Source of the DNA: Pseudomonadales bacterium
GTDB lineage: Bacteria; Pseudomonadota; Gammaproteobacteria; Pseudomonadales; IMCC2047
Length of the DNA: 64,000 bases
Assembly (NCBI GenBank): GCA_041395865.1
Contig: JAWKZQ010000003.1
Span: 69,394 to 133,393, forward strand
Reading direction: 5' to 3'
Part shown: positions 36,704 to 45,787 of the stretch, piece after piece
How the letters are laid out: the number at the start of each line of letters is the position of its first letter
How positions within the stretch are numbered: position 1 is the first letter of the stretch
Program-made: the position numbers and the translations under genes
The notes under the pieces: generated by a model
Databases searched by the model: none
Seen by the model: only the letters and a program-made list of their open reading frames with translations
Told to the model about the DNA's origin: nothing

Positions 36704-38878
36704 CTAACTAACCGACTTGGGCAGGTTCTCTCGTCCCCAAACCATACGCTCACGCAGGTAGGGCAGGGGGCGTTGAGGGTTCGTTGATTCGAACTCTCTG
36801 GCCAGCCGGTGGCCTTCAAAAATGGCGTCGCCCGTGAGTCTGGGCGCATAGCAGTCACCGGCCTGATAGATGCCTTTTATGCCTTCCTTCTGCCACTCGT
36901 CCTGACGTTCCCGCAAGGCTTTATAAAGCGCATCGTTAGACAGGCGCGCGGTTACAAGGATCACGGTGTCTGCTTCCAGGAGCTCTGTTTCGCTGCCAAC
37001 TCTGCGTGGGTACATACCAACCTTGGGAGCGGTGGTGCGTTTGGAGCCGTCGCGGGATAGATTGAAAAGTTTCAGTTTCACCACATCGCCCGGCTCACAT
37101 TCTTCAACCCAGCAGCCACCATATTGCGCAATTTTTTTTTCATGCAGCATGCGGTGCAGATTGGGCGCTTCCAGGGTGTACTCCATGAGCGGTGCTGCTG
37201 CCGCAAACTGGGTCACAATACTCACCTGTTTGCCCAGGTCAGCCATCATTTCGGCCAAGCTCACACCGGTAAAATAACCATCGGCATCGAGAATTACGAC
37301 ACGGTGGCCAATTTCTTTACCCGCCAGCACCTGTTCAGGTGTCGCAAATTGTGGCGTTGATGCATCGACGCCGGGCAAAGATCCCATGGTCACGTGGCTA
37401 AAACCATCCGTCGCCCACCGGGAACCGGTGCAAAGTACCACCTTGTCGGCCCCGTAGGTGAGAATGTCATCGGCACTGAGCCGGGTGTGAGGGTGCACTT
37501 CGACATTCTTGAGTTTATCCAGCTGGCCCTTGCAATAACTGGTAATGCGGCCCCATTCGCTCATGCCGGGGTAACGCACCACGTCACGGATATGGCCGCC
37601 CACTTCCTGCTCGGCTTCGCAAAGATGCACCTGGTAACCTCGCATGCCAAGCACACGTGCGCACTCCATACCTGCAGGCCCGGCACCTACCACAAGCGCT
37701 GAACCTGCATCCTGAACCTGGTCAAACTTTTCCGGGTGCCAGCCGCGGCGGTATTCCTCATTGGCAACCGGGTTTTGCGTGCAGACCAAAGCCGCGCCAC
37801 GCTCCCAGCGGGAGATGCAAATATTACAGCCAATGCATTCACGAATGTCTTCGGGGCGACCTTCTTCAATTTTTCTTGGCAGGAAAGGGTCGGCAATCGA
37901 AGGGCGCGCGGCGCCGATGATATCGGCCTGTCCGGAACGAATAACCTCCACCATGTCATCCGGGTTGGTAAAGCGCCCGACATTGATGATTGGCACATTG
38001 GCAACGTCCTTAAAGCCGCGGGTAAAGGGTGCCTGGTGGTTGGTTTTGTAGAAACGTGACGGCCCCGCATCTTCGCCCCATTCCTCATAGGTGCTTAAAT
38101 TCAAGTCCCATAAATCGATCAGCCCCTTTTGGGTGACGTGCTCGACAAATTTAAGCCCTTCATCCTGCGCCTGAATGCCATCTGGCCCCAGAATTTGGTC
38201 GACAGAAAAACGCACGCAAACAGCCGCTTCGCCATTCAGCGAAGCTTTCACTTTTTCGATGGTTTCTATCCAAAAACGCGCCCGATTTTCGAATGACCCC
38301 CCATAACTGTCGGTCCGCTTGTTGTGGAACCGGGACAGAAATTGCACCGGTAAAACACCGTGCGAGCCATACACGTAAACGATATCAAAGCCGGCTTGCA
38401 CAGCTCGCTTTGCGGCTTCAACGTACATATTTTGAAGCTCAGCGATTTCATAAACATCCGGCTCATGTGAATAGCAGGCGATGGTCCAGTCCGATGTGGA
38501 TTGTGAAGGGGAACTGGGCGCGACCCGGGATTCGAGATTTGCCGCCGCTGCGCCCATGTGCCACAGCTCGACACCGGCCAGGGCGTCCCATTTGTGAAGG
38601 CTATCGCACATATGCCGAAGATTAGCGACATCACCCTCATCCCAAAGCGAAGCCAGCGTGCTCGGTGACGTATCGGCCTGATGATCGATGGAACAGGCTT
38701 CGGTGCAGATGCCGCCCCAGCCGCCCTCGGCCTTCATGCCGCGAAAGCCCGCTTGTGTACCTGGGCGTTCAGAGCCTGCGCCGTTGCAGTGGGGCACCTG
38801 ATAGAAGCGGTTTTTTAAAGTCTTCGGGCCAATTTGGATGGGTTCAAAGAGGATGTCGTAGTTCGGATCGCGAGCCAT
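36704..38878 (-). CDS. trimethylamine/dimethylamine/histamine dehydrogenase-family FMN + 4Fe-4S flavoprotein
   Basis: The N-terminus ARDPNYDILFEPIQIGPKTLKNRFYQVPHCNGAG is nearly identical to my recollection of the TMADH N-terminus, including the FMN-linking Cys. It also has the CIGCNICISRWE....VCTQN Fe-S motif, RRGWHPEKF, and a C-terminal ADP-binding domain (VVGAGPAGMECA). Confidence 0.85.
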   Translation of the reverse strand: MARDPNYDILFEPIQIGPKTLKNRFYQVPHCNGAGSERPGTQAGFRGMKAEGGWGGICTEACSIDHQADTSPSTLASLWDEGDVANLRHMCDSLHKWDALAGVELWHMGAAAANLESRVAPSSPSQSTSDWTIACYSHEPDVYEIAELQNMYVEAAKRAVQAGFDIVYVYGSHGVLPVQFLSRFHNKRTDSYGGSFENRARFWIETIEKVKASLNGEAAVCVRFSVDQILGPDGIQAQDEGLKFVEHVTQKGLIDLWDLNLSTYEEWGEDAGPSRFYKTNHQAPFTRGFKDVANVPIINVGRFTNPDDMVEVIRSGQADIIGAARPSIADPFLPRKIEEGRPEDIRECIGCNICISRWERGAALVCTQNPVANEEYRRGWHPEKFDQVQDAGSALVVGAGPAGMECARVLGMRGYQVHLCEAEQEVGGHIRDVVRYPGMSEWGRITSYCKGQLDKLKNVEVHPHTRLSADDILTYGADKVVLCTGSRWATDGFSHVTMGSLPGVDASTPQFATPEQVLAGKEIGHRVVILDADGYFTGVSLAEMMADLGKQVSIVTQFAAAAPLMEYTLEAPNLHRMLHEKKIAQYGGCWVEECEPGDVVKLKLFNLSRDGSKRTTAPKVGMYPRRVGSETELLEADTVILVTARLSNDALYKALRERQDEWQKEGIKGIYQAGDCYAPRLTGDAIFEGHRLAREFESTNPQRPLPYLRERMVWGRENLPKSVS

Positions 38879-39065
38879 GCTTGTTCTCCTTCTAAGTCGG
38901 AATACGGGCTAAGGCCTTTGTGTTTCAATGGCTTAGCGTACGCCTCATGAAAACCTTGGGCAAGCTTGATCAGCTTGCCGGGACATTAAAGGAGGTGGCT
39001 TGAATATTTAATAACCGATGTTAGCCCTTTAATTTGCAGTTGTTGCCGGCAAAGTACTGTTGCTT

Positions 39066-39172
39066 GCGCACCTGGTATCACGCTTTTAAAAAGGATATGC
39101 AAGTCCGCTATCCGAACCATCCCTGCTCGATGATCCACTGGTGGCGATTGCTTCCGCAAGACTAAAAATCAC
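39066..39172 (+). repeat. hrpB 3'-terminus repeat, copy 3 (diverged remnant)
   Basis: gcgcacctggtatcacgcttttaaaaaggatatgcaagtccgctatccgaaccatccctgctcgatgatccactggtggcgattgc... aligns to the hrpB end. It would encode RTWYHAFKKDMQVRYPNHP.. (hrpB has RTSYHDVKKDMKGRYPKHP..) and then loses frame through a 1-nt deletion. Confidence 0.8.
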
Positions 39173-39270
39173 ATGTAACTTATCGGTATTAATAAAAGGG
39201 GCATACTTAATAAAGGTTCTTAGGCCCGTAGTTTGTGTTACGGACCTAATTATCTGGATTAACTGGGCCG

Positions 39271-39930
39271 CTAACTTTTCCACATGGAATTCAAAATTGT
39301 GCAGCAGAAATTCCCACGTTTGAATTGCTTATCTTTTAATTCGAGAACGTCAGCTTTTACATTTCCAAATGTTGAATCGGGTTTGTGTTTAATACCTTCA
39401 TAAAAGGCATTGATAATGTCTTCTTTGAACGCCGGTGTTCTAGGGTGTGCATCAACCACAGCTTCTCTTTCTTTGTCAGTGTAATCCGAGTAGGTCAAAC
39501 CGAGAACATCCATCTCAACGCCCGCAGTTACTAAAGCAATTACCGGGTGCATATGACAGGGAATACCTGGTGTTGTATGTAGAGCGATGGCCGACCAAAC
39601 CGTATCAATATCATGTTGAGAGATATTATGAGTCTTCAGGAAATCCCGGGCAGCATTGGCGCCGTCTACTTCAAAACGCTCGCACGCACTGCTGTGACTA
39701 GGCATTAAGCCGATATCGTGGAACATAGCTCCGGTATACAGAAGTTCCGGATCAAACGTTAACCCCTTCTTCGTGCCTGCAATTGCACCAAAATAAAAGA
39801 CTCTGCTTGAGTGGTTAAACAGCAATTCAGTTGCCGTGTCCCTTACAAATTCTGTGACTTGGTTGGCGAGTAGGCTATCTGGAATGAAAACGCCGGTTTC
39901 CTGGTAAATCTTATTGGCTGCTTGGTTCAT
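39271..39930 (-). CDS. HD-domain metal-dependent phosphohydrolase-fold protein (cyanamide-hydratase-like)
   Basis: NHSSRVFYFG...MFHDIGL...ALHT motif arrangement of HD-domain proteins. Confidence 0.7.
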   Translation of the reverse strand: MNQAANKIYQETGVFIPDSLLANQVTEFVRDTATELLFNHSSRVFYFGAIAGTKKGLTFDPELLYTGAMFHDIGLMPSHSSACERFEVDGANAARDFLKTHNISQHDIDTVWSAIALHTTPGIPCHMHPVIALVTAGVEMDVLGLTYSDYTDKEREAVVDAHPRTPAFKEDIINAFYEGIKHKPDSTFGNVKADVLELKDKQFKRGNFCCTILNSMWKS

Positions 39931-40076
39931 GTCATTGGTCCTTCAAATTATGCTGTGGTTGAGACGCCAATATATTGCTACGATATTTTGTCCTCAATAG
40001 ATGAAAACGTAAGATCTAGCCAATTATTCAACCTTTTCTGCCATATTGACCTTGAGGTGAAATCTGGAGTTTTATT

Positions 40077-41069
40077 GTGAGTACTGAACTTGTTGTTGCG
40101 ATAGTTATTCCTCCGCAAGCACAGCCCCTAGATATATCGGGTCCTTTGGCTGTATTTAGGGAAGCAAATAGGCAGTTCTCAGGTAGCGAGAAGTACCAGG
40201 TTGTTTTGCTGTCGACGGAAACGTCCACCACGTTTAATGTTGATGGCATGACCGTAAAGGCAAATGCTTCTATTACGGATGAACAGCTCACCATCGATAC
40301 GTTATTAGTTGCAGGTACAGACGCGTATCAGCAAGCGTTTGATATGAACCATTTTCAACAGTGGTTACAGCTTAGGGTGAGGCGGGTTCGCCGTTATGGA
40401 TCGGTTTGTACGGGGGCGTTTTTTCTTGCTGAAGCGGGGTTACTGGACGGAAGAAGGGCAACTACGCATTGGGAACATGCCGATGAGCTTGCTTCACGTT
40501 ACCCGCGGGCGGAGGTATTCCCGGACGCTATTTATATCCAGGATGGTTCTCTTTATACATCGGCAGGGGTGACGGCAGGTATCGATTTGGCGCTCAAATT
40601 AGTCGAGGATGACCTCGGCCATGAGCTGGCTCTAAAGGTAGCGAAAAGATTGGTTGTATTTTTGAAGCGTCCAGGCGGGCAATCCCAATTTAGTGCACAC
40701 CTCGCTGCACAAGCGAGTACCGAAGGTCGTATTTCTCGTTTACAGGCCTGGATTCTGGATAACCTGTCAGCCGATCTCTCCTTATCGGTTCTTGCTTCAA
40801 AAACCGCAATGAGTGTGCGTAATTTTAGCCGGGTTTTTCAGCGCGAAGCGGGTTATACCCCAGCTGATTTTGTAGAGCTAAGTCGGGTGGATGCAGCTAG
40901 AAGATATCTGGAAGACAGCGACTTATCTCTGCAGCGAATAGCCACGTTGTGTGGGTTTTCAAGCTCGGATGTTATGCGGCGAACATTTTTGCGGCGCATT
41001 ACCATCGGGCCAAAAGAGTATCGCAAACAATTCCAAATTGTTGAGTGCGAGCCGAAAACAAAACCTTAA
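40077..41069 (+). CDS. GlxA-family transcriptional regulator (DJ-1/PfpI domain + AraC HTH)
   Basis: An N-terminal DJ-1-like domain (GSVCTGAFFLAEAGLLDGRRATTHW) and a C-terminal AraC-type HTH (VRNFSRVFQRE.GYTPADF......R..LE.SDLSLQRIA..CGFSS...MRR.F). GTG start; divergent from the HD gene. Confidence 0.85.
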   Translation: MSTELVVAIVIPPQAQPLDISGPLAVFREANRQFSGSEKYQVVLLSTETSTTFNVDGMTVKANASITDEQLTIDTLLVAGTDAYQQAFDMNHFQQWLQLRVRRVRRYGSVCTGAFFLAEAGLLDGRRATTHWEHADELASRYPRAEVFPDAIYIQDGSLYTSAGVTAGIDLALKLVEDDLGHELALKVAKRLVVFLKRPGGQSQFSAHLAAQASTEGRISRLQAWILDNLSADLSLSVLASKTAMSVRNFSRVFQREAGYTPADFVELSRVDAARRYLEDSDLSLQRIATLCGFSSSDVMRRTFLRRITIGPKEYRKQFQIVECEPKTKP

Positions 41070-41173
41070 AGCGAAGGGGCTTTCTGCTGGCTCACGGAAC
41101 AAAACCCAGCCGTAAAAGACATAATTGATCTATGCGAGCAACTTAATACCCATGACAGCCCAATGGAGACGCT

Positions 41174-42031
41174 ATGAGTCACGAATACAGCCCGCCGAAG
41201 GTTTGGACGTTTGATGCTGAAAGTGGGGGCACCTGGGCTAAGACAAATCGCCCTGAGGCCGGTGCCACGCACCAGGCAACACTCCCGCAGGGGAAGCACC
41301 CCATTCAGCTTTACTCATTGGCAACACCGAATGGCCAGAAGGTTGCCATTATGCTTGAGGAACTGCTAGCGCTAGGCGATCAGGGGGCTGAGTATGATGC
41401 ACACCTGATAGACATTGGCGAAGGGGATCAATTCTCCAGCGGTTTTGTTGCGGTTAACCCTAATTCCAAAATCCCTGCTTTGATCGACCGTTCCGGTGAA
41501 AGCCCGGTCCGGGTATTCGAGTCCGGCGCGATCCTGCTGTATTTAGCCGAAAAGTTCGGGCACTTCTTGCCCAGGCAAATGGCGGAACGGACGGAAGCGC
41601 TTAACTGGTTGTTCTGGCTGCAGGGCGCTGCGCCTTTTTTGGGCGGTGGCTTTGGTCACTTCTACGCCTATGCGCCTACAAAAATGGAATACCCCATCAA
41701 CCGCTATGCCATGGAAACGAAACGCCAGCTTGACCTGCTGGATAAACAACTGGCATCGCACCGCTTTATCGCCGGGGATGAATACAGCATCGCAGACATC
41801 GCTATTTGGCCCTGGTATGGTAGCCTGGTACGCGGCAGGCTTTATGATGCGGCCGACTTTTTAGAGGTGCAGTGCTATAAAAACCTGCAACGCTGGGCGG
41901 AAGTGATCTGGCAACGCCCGGCTGTGCAGCGCGGAAGGATTGTAAACAGAACTTGGGGCGAACCCTGGGAGCGCCTTCCTGAAAGGCATGAGGCGTCAGA
42001 GATTGATGCGGTTTTGGCGCTTAAAAACTAA
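41174..42031 (+). CDS. yghU: Nu-class glutathione S-transferase / disulfide-bond oxidoreductase YghU
   Basis: Close full-length resemblance to E. coli YghU as I recall it (PPKVWT...GKHPIQLYSLATPNGQKVAIMLEELLALG, DQFSSGFV.VNPNSKIPAL, NWLFWLQGAAPFLGGGFGHFY). Confidence 0.85.
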   Translation: MSHEYSPPKVWTFDAESGGTWAKTNRPEAGATHQATLPQGKHPIQLYSLATPNGQKVAIMLEELLALGDQGAEYDAHLIDIGEGDQFSSGFVAVNPNSKIPALIDRSGESPVRVFESGAILLYLAEKFGHFLPRQMAERTEALNWLFWLQGAAPFLGGGFGHFYAYAPTKMEYPINRYAMETKRQLDLLDKQLASHRFIAGDEYSIADIAIWPWYGSLVRGRLYDAADFLEVQCYKNLQRWAEVIWQRPAVQRGRIVNRTWGEPWERLPERHEASEIDAVLALKN

Positions 42032-42098
42032 CGGTTAAATCCCTGTTTGAGGGCCAGCTTGAATCGTTAATACTCATACAGCCTCCCGCAATCCTAGT

Positions 42099-42692
42099 TT
42101 AAGGCGTAACAACGCGGAGGCTTTCCACCCAAATCAACTCGCAAGCGCCATTCCCGGTATCGTTGCGCGTCTGTGAACTGATCCAACGCCAGCCGTCAGT
42201 CGCTGTCACCTTCACTAAGCTACCGGATATTTCAATAATCTCGCCTTGCTGGACGCGCTCGATATCACTTTTTATGGAATCATTCGCGGGGATCAGGTGC
42301 ATATTGGCACTGTGCGTTTCTATTTCATGCCTCGGTATCGGAAAGGACTCAACGCGCCAACGATAAAAGCGGTTCGATTGTGAAATCTCAATGTTATCCA
42401 GCACGCTTTCATCCGACATTTTGCCCCAACCTAACGCCAGGTCTGTTGGGGAAAGGTCGGCTTCACGCCCTATGTAGTAATTTTCCTTGGCCAGCACTTT
42501 GGCTTTTATATGAAACTTCGCCAATTCCGTGATGGTGTATTCGTCATCTTTGTAAGTAACCGACGGGCTCCTGCTTTCCTGATAGGGCGATTCACTCGCA
42601 AACACGCCGGGCCCAAGGGTCACTTGGCCTGGGGTGTTGAAGAGCTTCCAGCCAACGCCCAGTATCAACAGTAAAAATAGTACTTTCTTCAT
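42099..42692 (-). CDS. hypothetical secreted/membrane-anchored protein
   Basis: N-terminal hydrophobic segment (VLFLLLILGVGW). No family recognised. Confidence 0.55.
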   Translation of the reverse strand: MKKVLFLLLILGVGWKLFNTPGQVTLGPGVFASESPYQESRSPSVTYKDDEYTITELAKFHIKAKVLAKENYYIGREADLSPTDLALGWGKMSDESVLDNIEISQSNRFYRWRVESFPIPRHEIETHSANMHLIPANDSIKSDIERVQQGEIIEISGSLVKVTATDGWRWISSQTRNDTGNGACELIWVESLRVVTP

Positions 42693-42920
42693 GATGTCTG
42701 TCTCAGCAATGCATGGAGTAAGGATAGGTAATGACGCCGATTTTTTCGGACTCTTTTCAAAGAAAAAGAGAACCGAGTGATTATTAAATTGTTCTTACGC
42801 CACCTTTGGGTTGGGCAAATACACAAAACTCGAAAAACCGCCCTTGCATGTAACCAAACAGTCATGTGCAGCGAATAGTATGGCGACGCTCGAATTTGAA
42901 TGCGTATGGGAGGTTTACAG

Positions 42921-43262
42921 ATGGACAAAAACAACAGTTTTCAGGCAACCCGCCGTTTTACGGACGTTGAACATTTCCCCTATGGATTCGCGCGAAGTGG
43001 TGATTTTACCATCTGGCAGGCCAACTTATTGGAAGCCTATGGGCATGCTTTTAGGGCGCTCGAAAGCGGTGAACGCCAACCGGAAGGCCAATTAGAAATC
43101 GACTTCGTCGCTTTCTGCCGTGGTGAAAAGCCGGCAGAGAGTGAGCATGAAAAGGTTTGGAAACGTTATCGCCGCAGCGTTTCAGAAGACACACACCGCT
43201 ATTCCCTGTCTGGCCTTGGGGCGAATAACAGCTCAAATGCGCAGCCCTCTACTGATTATTGA
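42921..43262 (+). CDS. maoP: DUF413 / MaoP (YifE)-like protein
   Basis: RRFTDVEHFPYGFARSGDFTIWQANLLEAYGHAF..LE.GER.P....E..FVAFCRGEK.....EKVW.RY parallels E. coli YifE/MaoP ([27 protein letters not shown]...). Start set at MDKNNS (ATG 42921). Confidence 0.7.
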   Translation: MDKNNSFQATRRFTDVEHFPYGFARSGDFTIWQANLLEAYGHAFRALESGERQPEGQLEIDFVAFCRGEKPAESEHEKVWKRYRRSVSEDTHRYSLSGLGANNSSNAQPSTDY

Positions 43263-43330
43263 ACAGGCTAGAGCGAAAACTTACGGGATTTGGCTGTGAC
43301 TCTAGACTGTACTGCGTTGGGTTTCATTAA

Positions 43331-43627
43331 GTGAAAGAGAAAGCGAAGCATTACCTGCTGTTAGCGACGGCCTGGTTATTGCTGCTCGTCGGCGCGGTTC
43401 TCTTTATCTCACCCATTCCGATTGGCATATTTTTTATCGCGGTCGGCTTGTCGTTATTAACCTATTCCAGCGAAAGCGTTCAGCACAAGATTCATGATTT
43501 CCGCGTGAAGCACCAAAAGCTCAACGCGCAATTAGAGCGGTTAGAAAAGAAGTTCGATCATCGCAAAAACTTCATGACACATTCGCTGCGCAAAACGCGC
43601 CCGGGTAACAGCCGCTTAAAAGAGTAG
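43331..43627 (+). CDS. small two-TM membrane protein, hypothetical
   Basis: GTG-start ORF with two hydrophobic helices and a basic coiled C-terminus. No family recognised. Confidence 0.45.
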   Translation: MKEKAKHYLLLATAWLLLLVGAVLFISPIPIGIFFIAVGLSLLTYSSESVQHKIHDFRVKHQKLNAQLERLEKKFDHRKNFMTHSLRKTRPGNSRLKE

Positions 43628-43659
43628 GGGCCTCACCGCTCAAACCATATTCGCTACGG

Positions 43660-44103
43660 CTAGTTTACATTCACGCCGTGACTTGCCAGCCATTGCTTAT
43701 CCAGAACCCAGCGCACACGGCTAACATCTTCTTGGCGTGTGACCAAGTTAGCCGCATAGGCCTGAACCCGGGCCAGCTCTTCCTGTGCCGCCACCATTTC
43801 ATCGGATACGGCACTGTGTTGCTTTAACTCCGGAAACATAACCCGCAACGACTGAATGGCCGACAACTGAGCAGAACGCGGGCTGCTCATTTGGGCGACA
43901 CCGTTTTCCAGGGACATAACGAGAAACGGGTAAGGGTAGGCCGCCAACTCTGCGTCAGCTTCAAGCAGCTTATTGATTTCACTGACTCGAAAATCCAGAC
44001 TGCTCAGCCACAAAACGAAGCCAATGAGCGTCAGCCCCGCCAAAACATAGAGGTATTTTCGAGTAAAACTATCCAGCCCAGTGCTTTCCTGCTCGTCATT
44101 CAT
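43660..44103 (-). CDS. hypothetical single-pass membrane protein
   Basis: An acidic N-terminus, one TM helix (YVLAGLTLIGFVLWL) and a soluble domain. No family recognised. Confidence 0.5.
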   Translation of the reverse strand: MNDEQESTGLDSFTRKYLYVLAGLTLIGFVLWLSSLDFRVSEINKLLEADAELAAYPYPFLVMSLENGVAQMSSPRSAQLSAIQSLRVMFPELKQHSAVSDEMVAAQEELARVQAYAANLVTRQEDVSRVRWVLDKQWLASHGVNVN

Positions 44104-44186
44104 GAAAAATCCCTCTTAATTGAAGCAGCCGCATTGATGCCTGCTTTCTAGGTAGTCTAATGCTTGAGAACACGGTGAGTAAGGCG

Positions 44187-44507
44187 TTATACCGATAAAT
44201 AAAGAATTCCGTCTTCAACCTTATGCTCAATCTTCTTAAGTGGGCTTTGGTTCCCTTTTTCCAGACATTCACCATTCTCGAGATTGAACCGCCAAAAGTG
44301 CATGGGACACACCAACGTCATGCCCTCAATAGCATCACAGGGAATGTTCACCGCCTTATGCGGGCAGATGCTATCAAACACCTGAAACGTCTCATCATCC
44401 CTCACGACAAAACAGGCTTTTTCAGCATATTTAAACCGTGACGCACCCTGTTTTACGTCATCAACGTCGATTAGTTTGAGCCACTGGGTTTCGTGATTCA
44501 TATTCAT
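44187..44507 (-). CDS. small Rieske [2Fe-2S] protein (NirD-like)
   Basis: CPH (CPHKAV) ... CPMH (CPMHFWRF) Rieske ligand pairs in a 106-aa protein. Confidence 0.8.
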   Translation of the reverse strand: MNMNHETQWLKLIDVDDVKQGASRFKYAEKACFVVRDDETFQVFDSICPHKAVNIPCDAIEGMTLVCPMHFWRFNLENGECLEKGNQSPLKKIEHKVEDGILYLSV

Positions 44508-44630
44508 TCCATTTGACGCTTAGGGTGTAGGGCCAGAGTAAATAAAAAAGGGGGGGATTGAAAATATAATGGCCCTTACAATTCCTTTGATACGACTCTG
44601 CTGACTTGCCCCCGATTTTAGGGCCACTAC

Positions 44631-45485
44631 TTACTTAGTAAAATCCAGTTCATTGATTGTTGGTTTATTGGGTTTTCCTGTCAATTTCTGGTCACGATAA
44701 CAAGCTGCAAATTCAGCCGGTGTCATATACTCCAAGGCCGAGTGAGGTCGATTCTCGTTGTAGTCCTTTCGCCATTCACTAATCAGGGCTCTCGCATGAT
44801 GCAAATCCGTAAACCAATGCTCATTCAAGCATTCATCCCGGAATTTGCCATTAAAGCTTTCGATGTAGGCATTCTGTGTCGGCTTGCCCGCTTGTATTAG
44901 CTTCAGCTCCACATTCTTTTCATAAGCCCACTGATCCAGTGCCTTACCTGTAAACTCAGGGCCCTGGTCTGTCCTGATGGCCGCTGGATACCCTCGAAAC
45001 TGCGCTATCGCCTCCAACGTACGAACAACCTGCTCTCCACAGATACTGTGAGCCACAGGTATATCCAGCGACTCCTTGGTGAAATCATCCACCACTGTCA
45101 GCGTTTTCAGTCGTCGTCCATTCGCCAGTGCATCCATTACAAAATCCATTGACCAGACTTGATTCGGCGCGCTTGGTAACTCGAGCGGTTGGCGTTCCAC
45201 AGCAATACCTTTACGGCGTTTACGTTTGCGCACAGCTAATGCGGCTTCATTGTATAACCGATATACCCGTTTATGGTTGACCTCAACGCCTTCACGCCTT
45301 AGCAGAGCATGTAGGCGTCGGTAACCAAAGCGACGACGTTCATTCGCAAGCTCGACCAAGCGTGCTTTAAGTGCCAGGTCGTCTCCCTGTTTCTCAGAAT
45401 GGTAACTGAGCACTGAGCGCGACAACCCCACAAGCCGACAGGCACGACGCTGGGAAATAGGTGTTTCTTCCTGCATCGTGACCAC
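44631..45485 (-). CDS. IS3-family transposase OrfB (DDE integrase domain)
   Basis: RRFGYRR...L.REG..VNHKRV.RLY, WSMDF, TDQGPEF, a DDE-region segment NAYIESFNGKFRDECLN and RPHSAL. Its frame is -1 relative to orfA, consistent with an OrfAB frameshift fusion. Confidence 0.9.
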   Translation of the reverse strand: MVTMQEETPISQRRACRLVGLSRSVLSYHSEKQGDDLALKARLVELANERRRFGYRRLHALLRREGVEVNHKRVYRLYNEAALAVRKRKRRKGIAVERQPLELPSAPNQVWSMDFVMDALANGRRLKTLTVVDDFTKESLDIPVAHSICGEQVVRTLEAIAQFRGYPAAIRTDQGPEFTGKALDQWAYEKNVELKLIQAGKPTQNAYIESFNGKFRDECLNEHWFTDLHHARALISEWRKDYNENRPHSALEYMTPAEFAACYRDQKLTGKPNKPTINELDFTK

Positions 45486-45508
45486 AGCCGCACGCTTATC
45501 CTGTGAGG

Positions 45509-45787
45509 TTAGTACTTTCGGTTCAATGCAGCCTTCAGCGCATCTGCATCAAGCATCGATTCGGCAAGCAGACGCTTCAATTTCGCATTTTCTTCTTCGA
45601 GCTGTTTAAGGCGTCGCACATCCTGTGTATCCATGCCACCAAACTTCTTACGCCAGGTGTAAAAGGTCGCGTCTGATATGCCATGCTTTCGGCAAATCTC
45701 TGTCACCGGCACGCCGGCTTCGCCCTCTTTCAAAATAATAACAATCTGCTCGTCGGTGAATCTTCTTTTCATGTCCGCTTTCTCCAT
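45509..45787 (-). CDS. IS3-family transposase OrfA (HTH)
   Basis: MKRRFTDEQIVIILKEGEAG.PV.EICRKHGISDATFYTWRKKFGGM......RLKQLEEENAKLKRLLAE is the typical IS3/IS407 OrfA. The start could be ATG 45787 or 45772. Confidence 0.9.
   Translation of the reverse strand: MEKADMKRRFTDEQIVIILKEGEAGVPVTEICRKHGISDATFYTWRKKFGGMDTQDVRRLKQLEEENAKLKRLLAESMLDADALKAALNRKY

Noticed and set aside
36411-36858. Two 71-aa minus-strand ORFs (36411-36626 and 36643-36858), and the ORFs at 39086-39323
   Set aside because: They run across hrpB 3'-remnant copies 2 and 3 or across the 3' end and flank of the dehydrogenase gene. They have no RBS, and their content is explained by the repeat remnants.
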